Positions 1 through 13,210 of a DNA stretch of 64,000 nt are shown here, one piece after another. Source of the DNA: Felis catus (taxonomy: Eukaryota); contig NC_058377.1 of the NCBI RefSeq assembly GCF_018350175.1, forward strand, positions 30,566,001 through 30,630,000, written 5' to 3'. A program made the position numbers and the translations under genes. Every line of letters starts with the position of its first letter. Position 1 is the first letter of the stretch. Under the pieces are notes generated by a model. It did no database searches and had not been told where the DNA came from. It worked only from the letters and a program-made list of their open reading frames with translations.

Positions 1-224
1 TGTTTAAGCCAGAATCCTATTTCATTGATCAAATGTAAACAGGAAAATCATATTCTTTGGAAATTGTAAGGAAGTTTCCTGGAAATTATGGGTCTGAGCT
101 TTCAAACATCAAGATGTTGAATGGGTAGATGTTGCTGCCGTAGTCTCATTATAAGTAACTAATGCAATGCACACAGTAAATACTAATAATCTCCATCCAA
201 ATCCAGTCTCTGCCATTTTCCATC

Positions 225-345
225 ATACGTCCTCTGAGCCTCAGTTTACTCATCTGTAAATATAGGGGAGTAAGAATGCCTACCACCTAAGGGAGTTGTG
301 AGATATTACCTGGCACACAGAAAGCAACTATTATTATAATTGCTT
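225..345 (+). mobile_element. MIR (ancient SINE) fragment
   Basis: MIR core-like 'ctctgagcctcagtttactcatctgtaaa...cctggcacacag'; boundaries approximate. Confidence 0.7.
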
Positions 346-845
346 AAACAGAAGGCATCATTTCAGAACCAAGCTGTTTAAAGCTCTGAGAATATACTGT
401 CAGAAAATGTCCCTGACACCATTAGAAATACAGAAAAAGTGAGGAAATTCCTTGAAATGTACTATCCTAATGAGAGTATTCCCTCCAAATTCCACTTCTG
501 CCACAATCAACTATCCAGTTTGAGGTGGATTCTGATAGAAATTATAACAAAAAAAAATTGGCAACAAGAATGTATATTGCAAAACAAAATGTGTTGCTTT
601 TAAAGTGATTTTGGAGCTTCAGTAATTAGTCTAGCAAGTTCCAAAGATACATTCTGTAGTCATCATTCAGTATTTGTTTCATTTGGTAATCTGCCTTTCT
701 AAAAAAATAAAATAAAATAAAAATAAAAATAAACTGGGGTAACAACATCTGTTATGAAGCTGTTTGGGACCAAAGGACCCCCCCCAGGCTTTGTTGAGCT
801 CCATATTACAAGGAACCCCCCCTTGGATCCCACATTCTTTCTTCC

Positions 846-1017
846 NNNNNNNNNNNNNNNNNNNNNNNNNNNNNNNNNNNNNNNNNNNNNNNNNNNNNNN
901 NNNNNNNNNNNNNNNNNNNNNNNNNNNNNNNNNNNNNNNNNNNNNNNNNNNNNNNNNNNNNNNNNNNNNNNNNNNNNNNNNNNNNNNNNNNNNNNNNNNN
1001 NNNNNNNNNNNNNNNNN
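846..1017. other. Assembly gap (N run)
   Basis: Run of n. Other gaps: 22664-22798, 44867-45014, 56975-~57106, 61244-61376. Confidence 0.99.
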
Positions 1018-1659
1018 AAGGAGCTGGAAAGTCACATTTGAAACGAAACATACTAGAGATGTAAGCAAACTGGAATTTACACTTCTCGATTATAATTAAA
1101 CTGGTGCTATCATCAGAGAAGAGCGCGGAATTTGCCTTGATCCACTGCAAGGGTCTCTTTTACTGCTGAAGCCACCAGATATACCACCCAGTCTTCAGCA
1201 CTGACCGGTGATGGCATGGCTGTAGTTGAAGCCCCAGGATGTGAACCTCCTTCTCTGCCTGACTGAAAGCATCCGTTGGCACAAAGGGCAGCTGGGAAAT
1301 CAGAACACAGTCTTCACCCCATTTTCAATAGTGCAATATTTATGTTTATTTAAGAAATGAGATGCCTTTAAATATGTGGATTAAAATTCTGTCTGATATT
1401 CATCAGAGTGATCCTAGACTTTGAGTTGGTTTTCCAGGAGCAAAGTCAGTCTCACTGCCTCAAATGGTGAAGTGAAAAGAAAAACAAACCAGAAGTCCAA
1501 AATCAATTTGGGTCACACCATTAATAGCAGAGCTATTTTGATCAGTCGCTTAACCTCTTGGAGTTTTTATGTCCTCACGCATGTTAGTGGAGTTAGTCTA
1601 CATGATTTCGAAGTCACCTTCTAGATCTTAGATTCTGTGAAAAACTGCCATCAAAAAAT

Positions 1660-1840
1660 ATGAATCAGACAGACCCGAATTTGAATAATGTTTTCATTAT
1701 TTACCTGTTTGGTGGACTTGGGCATGTTACTTAATAGCACAAGACCCTGATTCTCATCCATAACACAGGGATAATAATAGCTTCTGTCTCACAAGGTTGC
1801 TGCAAAGTTTAAATGCAATTATGGTAAGTGAAGCTTTTGC
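1660..1840 (+). mobile_element. MIR fragment
   Basis: 'gacttgggcatgttacttaa...ttctcatccataacacagggataataata' resembles the MIR core. Confidence 0.6.
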
Positions 1841-1872
1841 AGTGAGGTAAAGTCTGGTTTTACTTCCTCTTT

Positions 1873-2236
1873 TTTAATAAAAAAAAAATCTATTTATTGG
1901 GCACCTGGGTGGCTCAGTTGGCTGAGCGCCCAAATTGGGTTCTGGTTGTGATCTTGAGGTTCACTGAGTTTGAGCCCTACATTGGGCTCACTGCTGTCAT
2001 CATGGAGCCCACTTCGGATCCTCTGTCCCCCTCTCTCTCTCTGTGCCTCTCTCTCTCTCTCTCAAAAATAAAATAAAAACATTTAAAAAATTATTTATTT
2101 AAATTCAAGTTAGTTAACATGCAGTGTAGTATTGGTTTTGGGAGTAGAACCCAGCCATTCATCACTTACATAAAACACCCACTGCTCATCCTCACAAGTG
2201 CCCTCCTTAATGCCCATCACCCATTTGGCCCATCCC
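1873..2236 (-). mobile_element. 5'-truncated carnivore L1 3' end with a SINE inserted in its poly(A) tail
   Basis: L1 3'UTR reverse complement (aaattcaagttagttaac...gctcatcc...gtgccctccttaatgcccatcaccc); TSD ttacttcctcttt at 1860-1872 and 2237-2249. Confidence 0.85.
1899..2090 (+). mobile_element. Can-SINE (SINEC)
   Basis: gggcacctgggtggctcag head, (CT)n tract, aataaa A-rich tail. Confidence 0.95.
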
Positions 2237-2499
2237 TTACTTCCTCTTTCTTATAATCTCTTTTGTGATGCAAGCTACAGAGTAGAGCTGGACAATAGGA
2301 GTTTGTGGCTGGGATGCCTGCAGCATTAACCTCATGAATACTAAAATAACTTTTGAAGGTCTGGATACATGGGACTAGCTGCTTAAATGAAAGACCACCC
2401 ACGGCACTTTTTCACCTGTAATTGTCCATCCTCTAATGCCAATTGCACTCCTGATGTCCTATCACCCTCAAGTGGTGTGTTAGTTAGTGACAGGGGTTG

Positions 2500-2733
2500 T
2501 TGTTGTTGTTTATTTTTTAGTTTATTTATTTATTTTGAGAGAGAGAGAGAGAGAGCAGGAACATGGGAGGGGCAGAGAGAGAGTGCGGGAGAGAGAATCC
2601 CAAGTAGGCTCCGCCGTCACCGCACAATGCATGGCCCAATGCCAGGCTCAAACCCACAAACCATGAGATCTTGACCTGAGCCAAGATCAAGAGTCGAACA
2701 CTTAACCAACTAACTAAGCCACCCAGGTGCCCC
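2500..2733 (-). mobile_element. Can-SINE (SINEC)
   Basis: Ends aagccacccaggtgcccc; (GA)n tract; near-TSD gacaggggtt/gacagtggtt. Confidence 0.95.
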
Positions 2734-3124
2734 GACAGTGGTTATTTTTAATACCAATCTAGCAATAAAGTGTGAACTTTACTACCTGACTTCCCCTCCC
2801 TTATAAATCACAAAAAGATATACAAAAATTAGTTTTATGGTGCTTTGACTTTATCAGTAACACTATTCTCCCTCATTTGACATAGAACCTTGACAGTCAT
2901 TGATTTCATTAATTCAGCTGATTCCACTGGCATTTGCTTCATATTTTTTACTACTGAGACATACTATTTACCAGGCACTATGCTAAGTATGCAAAATAAA
3001 TGAGAGGAACATTTCTTCAGTTTGGTAAGATAAAGGAATTCTGATTTATCAACAGGCTTGGCTACATTAAAAGACATTATTGGCAAGGACACAATGAAAG
3101 AAACCGATTCTTAGAGAAACACAT

Positions 3125-3627
3125 TGTATTAGTTATCTACTGCTGCTTAACAAATTACTCTGAAACTTAGTGGCTTAAAACAATAAATGCTTCATGCAGT
3201 TTCTAGAATCCGGGAGGAATCCAAAAGCAGCTTTGTTGGGTGGTGTTGGCTCAGGGAGTCTCATGAGACTGCAGTCAGGTGTCAGCCTGGGCTGCTGTCA
3301 CCTGAAGGCCTCCTGGGGCCAGGGGATCCACTTCCAGAGTAGCTTCCTTACATGGATGGAAAGTTAGTCTGATTTCTGGCAGGTGCTCATCCCCTGGTGG
3401 ACCTATCCATAGGGCTGCTTGGTATCCTCATGACCTGGGAGCTGCTTCCCCCAGGAAAGAGCAGCCCAAGAAAGAGCAAGGTGCAAGCCACAGTGCCTTT
3501 TTCGGCCTCATCTTGGAAGTCACGCTCTCACATCTGTAGTTTCCTTCTGGTCTCAGGTCAAGCCAATTTAGTAGGGGAGGGCTTTGAAGGGTGTGAATAC
3601 CCACCTTATTGGAGGCTGGCCACCACA
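3125..3627 (-). mobile_element. MaLR LTR (MLT1-type)
   Basis: tgtattagttatctactgctgc...aacttagtggcttaaaacaa start and ...caccaca end, typical of a reverse-oriented MLT1. Confidence 0.85.
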
Positions 3628-5645
3628 TGGATTAGACAGAAAGAGATTTCTGAGTTTAGGCCATGGAGGGGACACTGGGGCAGCAATTCTAATCAAAGAG
3701 TAAAAGAGGAAGGAACAAGGTCATCCACTGGGATAAAGGTCAGAGAAGAAACTGTTCAATACATTTAACCTCTTAGGAAGGTAGAGTGGGTCTCCCACCA
3801 GAGGCCAAGCACCCACCACAGGGAGTGAAGGCAGGAAGATTGTAAAGGGGTCAGAGGCAGCGGGTCCCAGGAGGGCTGATGCTGCCCATCTGGGGGTCCA
3901 CTACACAGAAAAAAGAGGCTTTGGGGGGCCAGGGGCATGGGCAGTGTGATCACCTCCAAGGCAGCATCCTGCTGCAACATTCTGGGACACAAAGGGAGTC
4001 AAGAGGGTCTGAGGATAGCCATGGGCCATTGCCCTGGACTCAGCCTGTGGTTTTCTTTTCATCAAAAGAAACAGTTCAACTCTTGCATTTAGCCCACACA
4101 CAGGCTGGAATTCCAGTCTCCCTTCCCTTGTTCCACATTCCAAGCCACATTCCTTTTCCTCCCATGAGGCCAGGACAATCCCAAGAAAGAAGCATTTATA
4201 AAGACCTTTCATTAGGAAGTTTTACCTGGACATAAACCTCCATACAGCCCATCAGCTTAGACCCTAAAAACCGGGTCTAACTAGGATTTTTTTCCCTTTC
4301 ATAATTTATTCAGTCAGTACTGTAATTGAGAAATTATAATAAATTATGTTTAAAAGTGTTATCCTATAAGGCCCCATTCCAACACTCTCTGTTCCCCATT
4401 TCCCACTAAGCAGATTAATGTGGTTCTGTTTTCTTGCCCTGGGCATATCCTTGAGGGAGTGCCTCCTGGCCTCTAGGCCCAAGTCTACCCAAGCTGTTTG
4501 CTAGTGCTAAGTATTTCCCTATAACCTCTGCCCTAGAGTGAAGTCCCAAGAGCAGAGATGATTGTGTCTCTGCCACTTTTTGAGATGCTGATGAGTAACC
4601 AAGCCTTTACCAAGGAAGCCTCTCTCCCTTCCCTGTCTTGAACTAAAGGTCTCAAATGTAAGGAAGATGAGGTAGGGGAGGAAAAACTGCCCACCCTTAT
4701 GTTACTCTCCTTCGGGGGGCTGACATAGCAGAGGGCTGGTGTCATTCCTTTGGGGACCCCAGCTCTGTGGGGAAGTGAGTCTAATATCAGAGATTGGTGT
4801 GTTTTGCTGACGCTGCTTACTTCAGTGAATAATAAAATCAGGGTCAATCCGCTCAGAACCACCTGGCTTCATCCCTCAAGGGACAATATGGTGCAGGGAC
4901 ATGCTGACTGTGAGATGGAAGGGCAGCTGGGACCTTGTCACCCACAAAAATGATGTCATCTGATAAGAGAAGATCTGGCCTCAGATCTTCTTGGGGAAAG
5001 AGCTTCTCTCCTGACTTCCACACCCTTCAGGGCCCCAGGTAGGTGTCAGGATCTCTGCCAGAATGGGGCAAACCAGACTAAATGAAACACATTATGCAAA
5101 CAGAAGATGGCCAAAGGGTGAATCTAGATGCAAAAACTAAGGGTAGAGATAACAGTATTTCCCTAAGCCCTTGGTTCAGCAAAAAGATGGTTCACCTTCT
5201 GCTTCCATCCAGGAGCTCCATAGTTGCCTGAAGAAGCCACCAAAGGCCTTGCCAACTCCTGTACCTCTGTCCCACTGCCCCACAGTGATGGTAGGCTCAT
5301 GTGGAGCATCTTGGCCTCTGAGTCCTTCCCTTTCCACGTAAACCCTACACCTAAGAGTTTCAGTCACTTTACTTTTCCTGAGAGCTGAGAGCTGTAAAAC
5401 GGTGATAAGCTTTGCTCTTGTTGTTTTGCATGGATTATATCATACATGGTTTCAAATCTTACCTTGATTTGGAAAAGTCATATCTCCAAACGCATTATTT
5501 GTTTCTCCTAGCACAATTCCCCAAAAGAGGAGAATCTGCATATTTTCCCCTTCAAGGAGAAAAGTCCTTAATCTGAATCCCTAATCTAAGTGCCTAATCC
5601 CTTACCTAATGGCCTGGCAAAGGCATCCCTACCTTGACAAAGGGC

Positions 5646-5649
<4 letters not shown>

Positions 5650-5695
<46 letters not shown>
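5650..5695. repeat. (TA)n microsatellite
   Basis: About 22 TA units. Confidence 0.95.
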
Positions 5696-5697
<2 letters not shown>

Positions 5698-5699
5698 AG

Positions 5700-6600
5700 A
5701 AATTTTGTATAAGAAAACATATCTAAAAATATTTTAAAATGCAGACACCTCAAAAGTAAAATGGACAAGAAACCTGAACAGGCAATTCATAGAAAAGAAT
5801 ATCCAAATGGCCATTATATGTGAAAATATCTCAGCTTAGTGATCGAGGAAATTCAAATTAAAACCACAAAGAGATATCACTACATACCCATGAGAGTAGT
5901 TTAAATTAAAAGGAGTGATAATATAAATTTTTCACCAGGATAAAGAGCAACAGGAATTCTCATATGTTGCTGGCAATTGTTCAAATTGGTACAGCCACTA
6001 TGGAAAACCACTTGTCAGTACCTACTAAAATTCAACATATGTATCCCCTCTGACTTAGCAGCCTTACTGCTAGATATAGACCCAACAGAAATGGATGCAC
6101 ACAAACTCCAAAAGACATGTATTGAAATGTCATAGCAGCAGCATAATTTTAATAAATTTAATAAATTTTTATAAAGACTGAAAACAAGGCAAAGGTCAAT
6201 CACCAATGAAATGAATAAATTCTGTTATAGTCATATAATGGAATATTATTCACTGATGAAAATTAACAAACTATAGCTACACAAAACAACGTAAATGAAT
6301 CCCAGAAGCGATTATTAATAAAAGCAAGCAAAGATGGAAAAACATGCTGTTTGATTCCACTTATATAAAATTGATAAATGTGCAAAACTACCAGTTGTTT
6401 TCATAAGAGAAATGCTCATGATTCTCTCTAGGGCAGTGGAGAGGTGGTGATTGGGAGGAACTACTAGGGTACTGGCAGTATTCTCTTTTCCTGATTTGGG
6501 GTAGTCAATATTTGGTTTGTGATTTTTAGTTTTTGATAAGTCATTGGGCTGTACATGTTTTCCATATGTTGTTCTGTTTGTGTGTATACTTAGCAATAAA
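5700..6600 (+). mobile_element. Old L1 (L1M-type) ORF2 end and 3'UTR
   Basis: 'caaattaaaaccacaaagagatatcactacataccca', 'tggtacagccactatggaaaac', ending in aataaa. Confidence 0.85.
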
Positions 6601-6649
6601 AACAGTGGACAAAAAAGTCACCCCTTCCAGCCCTACATGCCACTCATAG

Positions 6650-7120
6650 GATGTGGGTTAAGGACACACATGAGTTCAGGTCCACATAGGATTAAGTCAT
6701 GGCTCCTATCTTATCATCTATATGACTGTGGCAAGTTACTTAACTTCTGTAAGCCTCAGTTTCCTTTCCTATGTGATGGGATGATAATGATTAATAAATA
6801 GGGTTAATGAAATGGTTAAATGTCCAAGAATATATTAAGAACCCAGTACAGGGCTAGAACATGGCAGGTGTCCAACAAATGATAGGTGAGTGTGGCAGCC
6901 TCTATTGCTTCTTGCTATTGCTATTCACCTTGATCTATTCCACCAAAACTGTGAGAGAGTGGAAAGTACTCTGAATTTGAAATTAGGTTGAGAGAGCCAT
7001 TTGTCTTCTTTAAGATTCAGTTACCATATCTTTAAAATGTGATGAGTAATACCTGCCTCAGATAGCTCTTATGAAGATTAAGTGAACTAACATACGAACA
7101 TGTCTGGCATACAGTGAAAC
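6650..7120 (+). mobile_element. Two MIR fragments
   Basis: 'ggcaagttacttaacttctgtaagcctcagtttcct' followed by a second MIR-like core. Confidence 0.7.
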
Positions 7121-7149
7121 CCCAAAGTTCATTTCTTTAGCAGTTTTTG

Positions 7150-7182
<33 letters not shown>

Positions 7183-7254
7183 CATGGGACCATCCATTAG
7201 TGAGGCACTGTAGGAAGGAGCACTGCATGAAGAAAGACTGGGAACACTGAGTTG

Positions 7255-7791
7255 CTGCTCTGGTTTTCTATTGTTACATGACATTTAGATTATCCAAAAC
7301 TCAATAGCTGAAAACACTCGCCTTTTATAAATTTCCTTTATAATTCCATGGGTCAGAGAAGGGAAGGAAAGCAGGGATCAGCTGGGTAATTTTTGCTTGA
7401 GGTCTCTCGTGTGGTTGTATTCAGATGTCAGCTGAAACTACAGTCATTTGATGGATCAACTTGGCTGGTCACCCAAGAGGTTACTTGCTGGCGGTCAATG
7501 CTTACTTTTAGCAGAAAGCTCAGCTGGAGATATAGACTCTTACTGAGCACCTGCAGATGACCTCCCCAATTGGTTTGTATTTTCTCAGAATATGGTGGCC
7601 CCGAGACTCTAAAGGGGAATGGCCTGATGGATAAGGCAGAAGCCACATTGCTTTTGATGACCCAGCCTTGGAAGTCATCTAGTGTCAGATCTGTGTCTGA
7701 CCCCAGAATCTGTTGATCAAAGCAGTCACACACCTTCCCTTATTCAAAGTATGGGGACAGAAAATTTGCAGCCATATTTTAAAACTGTCAC
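7255..7791 (-). mobile_element. MaLR LTR (MLT1-type)
   Basis: MLT1-like motifs 'tcagctgggtaatttttgcttgaggtctctc', 'cccagccttggaagtca', end 'aaaactgtcaca'. Confidence 0.8.
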
Positions 7792-8337
7792 AGGTACTAG
7801 GAACACTAAGATTGCATGTGAATCCTGAAAACCTTCCCTCTAACATTATAGGCAACCTTGTATAAAGGTTAAGAATGCTGTCTGGGTTCAAATTTTGATT
7901 CTACCACGTATTGCTGCATATCTTTTAAAAGTTACCTAATGTTCCTGTCTCTTAGGTTCTTTATTTGTAAACTCAAGATTGTACCATTTTCATTGGTCCC
8001 ATTAGCAGAGTGTGTGGTCCATGGTAAACATGCTCAATGAATGTTAACTTCTAATATTGTTTCTATCCATAAGTGTATCCAATTCCACGACTGTGGACTC
8101 TAGTTGTGTCACTCCCAATGTACTTGGACCTCTACATGTTTCCTATGCATATCACCTCCTTCCTGGGATGCATGCTATTTGACTGCTTCTGGAGATGGAA
8201 GAAACAGGCACCTATGTTACAGTGGGACAAAGACCTGAATTGGAGTCAGCTGGTTCTCAGTTCAAATCTTAATGCTGCTTTTTTTTTTTTTTTGATGGAT
8301 ATGGGATAAGTTGTACATTCTCTGAGATGCAGTTTCC

Positions 8338-8397
8338 GAAGAAGAAGAAGAAGAAGAAGAAGAAGAAGAAGAAGAAGAAGAAGAAGAAGAAGAAGAA
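8338..8397 (+). repeat. (GAA)20 trinucleotide repeat within a MIR
   Basis: 20 perfect GAA units. Confidence 0.95.
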
Positions 8398-9577
8398 AAA
8401 TAAGACCTCCTTAATGAAAGGCTGAAAAAATTAAATGAGAAAGTTTATAGAAGCACTCAGCACAGAGTCCAGCTCTGGGTACTTGGTATTTGGGGGTTTT
8501 CAGGTTTTTTTTGTTTTGTTTTGTTTTTTAGTTTCCAGGAGAAACAAAACATGACTCAGAAATGGCAGTCAAAGAAGCATTTCTCAGTGGCTGAAACAAA
8601 CACCTCAATTAAACCATCCTCTTCAGCCAAGAAGAGGCTAAAAAGAATAAACTCCTGGTCAAAAATGGCATGATGATTACACTCCCAGGCATCACATTTC
8701 CTCTTTCCTCTTTGCCTCCTCGGTACCTCCCTCCCTAGTTCCCTGCTTCCCCTGAACCTGGACCTCACAGCTTTTCAGCTGTTCTCTACAAATACACAGT
8801 TTAGATGGGTAGACTCATGTGACCCTCAATGCCTCTGGTTCTGGTATTTTTTCTAATGGCTTGTTTTCCCACTGTGGCTACTTCAGCACAGTGGCTTCAT
8901 GCTGGGACCTTGTTAGGCTCTGCCCTCAACCCAACTCATGGACAAGCCACTCTGGTACTTACAGGAATTTTCCAAAGAACAAAACATTGGGAAAGGACTT
9001 GGGATCCTTGGTGGGAGCAAGCCAAATCCCTTTTCATCTATTCACTTCTTTCTCTGTTTCTTCTTTGTGTCAAAGAACTCTTATTCTTGGCCTGTTCTTC
9101 TCTGCACCACATTCATTTAGTCAGTCGTGCTCATTCATGTAACAGATAATTCTGAAACACCTACTAAGCACAAAATAAACAAAACTCTCCTCTCCTGGCC
9201 TTCATTTTCTAGTTAGTGGGCCTTCACTGCCTCCCAAAGGGTCTTCTACAACTGCTGCCTCTGACAAGAACTCCAGAAGAAGATACAAGCCCACCCAAAT
9301 GGCCCAGATGGGGTATTGCAGAGAACAAAGGTTTGCTCTGGTATTGGCCCCTAAGAACTTGTGGTTACTGCCATGGGTGGAGCACAGGTGTAGTTTGGAT
9401 GAATGTGAAATGAGGTTAAGGGGTTCAGTGGCAAGAATTCAAATAGCTAGAGGCATAGATATCTGAATTTGTAGAAAATATCAGTGCCAGAGTTAGATGA
9501 AGCACAGTTGTTGGAAGGGAGCTGCAGCAGATCTGATCACAACACCAGGAAAGAGGACCAAGAAAATATGGGGTCCA

Positions 9578-9700
9578 AGGGCATCTGGGTGGCTCAGTAG
9601 GTTGAGTGCCTGACTCTTGATTTTAGCTCAGTCATGATCCCAGGGGTCATGGGATTGAGCCCCAAGTTGAGCTCCACGCTGAGTGTGGAGCCTGCTTAAG

Positions 9701-9750
<50 letters not shown>

Positions 9751-9762
9751 AAAAAGAGAGAG
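9578..9762 (+). mobile_element. Can-SINE
   Basis: SINE head, long (CT)n, TSD aatatggggtcca. Confidence 0.95.
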
Positions 9763-11753
9763 AATATGGGGTCCAGAGACAATTGTTTCCTCTCTCGGGG
9801 ATTTAGGACCCATGAGTAATATCAGTGGCACTAAAGATGCAGGATGAATGTTACTCTCCCGCTGGGACATTATAAACTGCAAACTAGGAGACAGCTCTGC
9901 TTTTGAATGTGGAAGATGCCATTGAACTCAGATCCCCTGAAACAGGGGCTCTCCTGCTCTCATCTCTGGTGAGAATGAGATACTGGGGGGTACCAGGGGC
10001 TCTTAGCTGTGAGAAAAGCAGAGCTGCTTCAAATTCCCTGGATTCCAGCTAGCAATGAACTTAACCATTTCTCCATCCATAAGATATGAACCACTTTTGA
10101 GTTCCTAGATGGAGCAAAGCCTGCCTACCCCAAAGTAGACTTGAGTGTAAAATTTTTAAGTAATGATTACATATACAGTATACACAGGATATTTCCATAT
10201 AGTACGTAAAATGAAAATTGTAGAAATAGGTCAAAACTGAAAAAAATGAAAACAGGTATTTTACATTTTTGAAACACTGCCCAAAAGTTCATCAATAGTA
10301 CTCAGTTCTCTTGAGTCACTTTATGACCTCTAGCTCAATCCATCTCTCACATGTAATGAATCAGCATCAAATCAACATCTCTCACAAATCAGCAGCAAGA
10401 TTCTATAATCAGAAGGTCACATAGATCTGTTCTATGTCCTCTAAAAAGAACAGACTCAGAAAATAATTTAGGATACAAGGGAGGGAGAGTTTCCCTCATG
10501 AGGGAGCAGGCAGGGACAGATTAACCAAATTGTATCAGGGTAACAAACACACTTACCTTGATCCGTGAATGATATAAATGCTTAATGTTTCCTGTTACTT
10601 TTTAAAACTTTGTTCTTTGTGTCCTGTGGATGGTTGCCCATATTGTAACATCTGTCTTTAGACTACTGATTTCTCCAAGACAAATTGTTGTCTCAAATAA
10701 TAATTGTTATTCAAAAATATGAATAAGTACATGATTCTGCTTGTTTTTCAACAGCATGGAGAATAGAATTCTGGGTATACCCTCAACAAAAAGCAAATCT
10801 GTCCCCCTACCACCATTCACTTTCTATCCCATCCTTTTCCCCTCAACTTAAGATGCACTTGAGGGGAGGCTTGTGAAATTTGGAAACATCTTGGGCAGAG
10901 ATATTAAAAGAAGTGGGGCCATCATGCCTAGAGAGTGAGAGCCTAAGCACTCTTAAGTTGCTGATAGAAGTTCTGGAAGAGAGGGAGGGAATATGCCAAT
11001 GGCAAAATGTTCTCAATCATTAAGAACAGAAGGTTCATAACTGGAAAAAGCAGACTAGAGAAAATATTTGTCAGGGACACATGATTAAGTATTCAAAGAA
11101 GTATGATCCTGAAACTGGAGTAGACAGAGAACCAGGAAGCCATTAAAGCCGAGTTATAGTTGTTACAGAGGGCAGTGGGAAGCCATCAGAAAGTTTCAAA
11201 GATTCATGCAAACTTTCACCCAAAGTGGGTGTGTTCTTACACTTTTAATTTTAGGGTTCACTGGACACACAGGCTTCACTATCAAGTTGGACTGATACAA
11301 AAATAAAGCAAAGCCTAAAACCAAATGCATCAGCCTCCCCAACCTTATCAAACTGACTCATTGTTCAGTCTCCAGAGCAAGAGCCTGAGACGTGTGCTGT
11401 GGTCGGCCCGTGCTCTAAAGTCTCACGCCTTCCATGGAGAGCTCACACCCATCCCTGCACTTCTCCTTGATCACGCTGTTCCATGGGTATTTTTAGCTTG
11501 GCTCCTTGGCAGTTTCTCAAAAGCTTTGCAAGATACTTATGGGCACATGTTGAGAATTACACTGTACAAAACTGGGGAAACCTGCTGGCTGCATTTTTAT
11601 TCTACAGCCCCCACCTTTGAGGGTCCCTATCTTTCTCTCTGTCCCAATTTTCCTCTCTGACATGCTTGGGTGCCAGAAGCCCAGGCTGGATCCAACCTAT
11701 AAATCAACTTTAACTCTGGCATGAAATAAAAAATAAAGCTTTTAAAGATATTG

Positions 11754-11787
<34 letters not shown>

Positions 11788-11821
11788 TCATTAGGCAAAG
11801 AGTCAGCTCTCCAGTGGACTA

Positions 11822-11903
11822 ACCTTTATTTGACTTTAGGGGGCTAAGCATATGGCTTATGAGCACAGAAGTTCTGATACATTAACTTCAACAAGAGAAG
11901 GCT
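11822..11903 (+). repeat. Left arm of 82-bp inverted repeat (partner 14296-14377)
   Basis: 71/82 identity, ungapped, to the reverse complement of 14296-14377. Confidence 0.9.
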
Positions 11904-12134
11904 AGACAAGTCCACAGGAAGAGCAAATTTGCCTATCTTACACCTATGAAAAAATACATAAGAGTAGGGCCCCCGTCCTCTCCATTTACTGAAAGAGGTT
12001 AGGAAATATGGCAGCAAGACAAATGAAAATTAGATAGAAAGACTTAGTTGATGTTAGAAAGCACATCCTGTCTTAAAAGATTGAGAGACAGTTCAGTCAT
12101 CTTCTACACACCAAACTTAAAAACACTTTCCATT

Positions 12135-12245
12135 TGGGTGCCTGGTAGGCTCAGCCAGTAGAACATGCAGCTCTTGATCCCAGGGTTGTAAGTTTGAGCC
12201 CCACGTTGGGTATAGAGATTACTTAAAAATAAAATATTTTAAAAA
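12135..12245 (+). mobile_element. Short older Can-SINE (no CT tract)
   Basis: gggtgcctggtaggctcag...gagattacttaaaaataaaat; flanked by acactttcca. Confidence 0.85.
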
Positions 12246-12257
12246 ATACACTTTCCA

Positions 12258-12477
12258 GGGCGCCTGGGTGGCGCAGTCGGTTAAGCGTCCGACTTCAGCC
12301 AGGTCACGATCTCGCGGTCCGGGAGTTCGAGCCCCGCGTCAGGCTCTGGGCTGATGGCTCAGAGCCTGGAGCCTGTTTCCGATTCTGTGTCTCCCTCTCT
12401 CTATGCCCCTCCCCTGTTCATGCTCTGTCTCTCTCTGTCCCAAAAATAAATAAACGTTGAAAAAAAAATTTTTTTTG
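12258..12477 (+). mobile_element. Young felid SINE (SINEC_Fc-type)
   Basis: CpG-rich, near-consensus gggcgcctgggtggcgcagtcggttaagcgtccgacttcagccaggtcacg; TSD aatacactttcc. Confidence 0.97.
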
Positions 12478-12762
12478 AATACACTTTCCCTTATAAGATA
12501 TTTAGGAAGAGGATGGCTTAAAAGCAATTGCATCTAAATGTAAGGACAAGATGAACTACAGGTGAGTTGGAGTAGTGGGAAGAACATTGAGGAAGAAGTG
12601 ACTTGAAGGACGAGTCCTTTAACATCTCTGAACTGCACATTCCTCCTCTATTAAAGAAGGGGTTTAAGTGAAAATCTTTAAGACCGCTTTGACCTCTCAC
12701 AAAGTATAATTCTGGAGGTCTTATCCAGACTGAGAAGAATTTGGTTCTAAATAGTGAGTCCT

Positions 12763-12977
12763 GGGGTGCCTGGGTGGCTCAGTTGGTTAAGGGTCCGACT
12801 TCAGCTCATGTCATGATCTCACAGTTTGCGAGTTTGAGCCCCAGGTCGGGCTCTGTGCTGACAGCTCAGAGGCTGGAGCCTGCTTTGGATTCTGTGTCTC
12901 CCTCTCTCTCACCCTCTTCTGCTCACACTCTGCTCTCTCTCTCTCAAAAATAAATAAAAATTAAAAATATTTTTTTT
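12763..12977 (+). mobile_element. Can-SINE (outer element)
   Basis: TSD aatagtgagtcct at ~12749 and ~13227 encloses this SINE and the next one. Confidence 0.95.
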
Positions 12978-12992
12978 AATATGTATTTAAAA

Positions 12993-13210
12993 GGGTGCCT
13001 GGGTGGCTCAGTCGGTTAAGCGTCCGAATTCGGCTCAGGTCATGATCTCGCGGTTTGTGAGTTCAAGCCCCGCGTTGGGCTCTGTGCTAACAGCTCAGAG
13101 CCTGGAGCCTGTTTCAGATTCAGTGTCTCCCTCTCTCTCTCTGACCCTCCCCCATTCATGCTCTGTCTCTCTCTGTCTCAAAAATAAATAAATGTTAAAA
13201 AATAAAATAA
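12993..13210 (+). mobile_element. Can-SINE nested in the tail of the preceding SINE
   Basis: Own TSD aatatgtatttaaaa. Confidence 0.95.

Noticed and set aside
4968-4991. 10-bp perfect hairpin agaagatctg-gcct-cagatcttct
   Set aside because: Short and isolated with no supporting context; not distinguishable from chance by eye.
12258-12340. tRNA genes suggested by A/B-box sequences
   Set aside because: These are the tRNA-derived heads of Can-SINEs, followed by CT tracts, A tails and TSDs.
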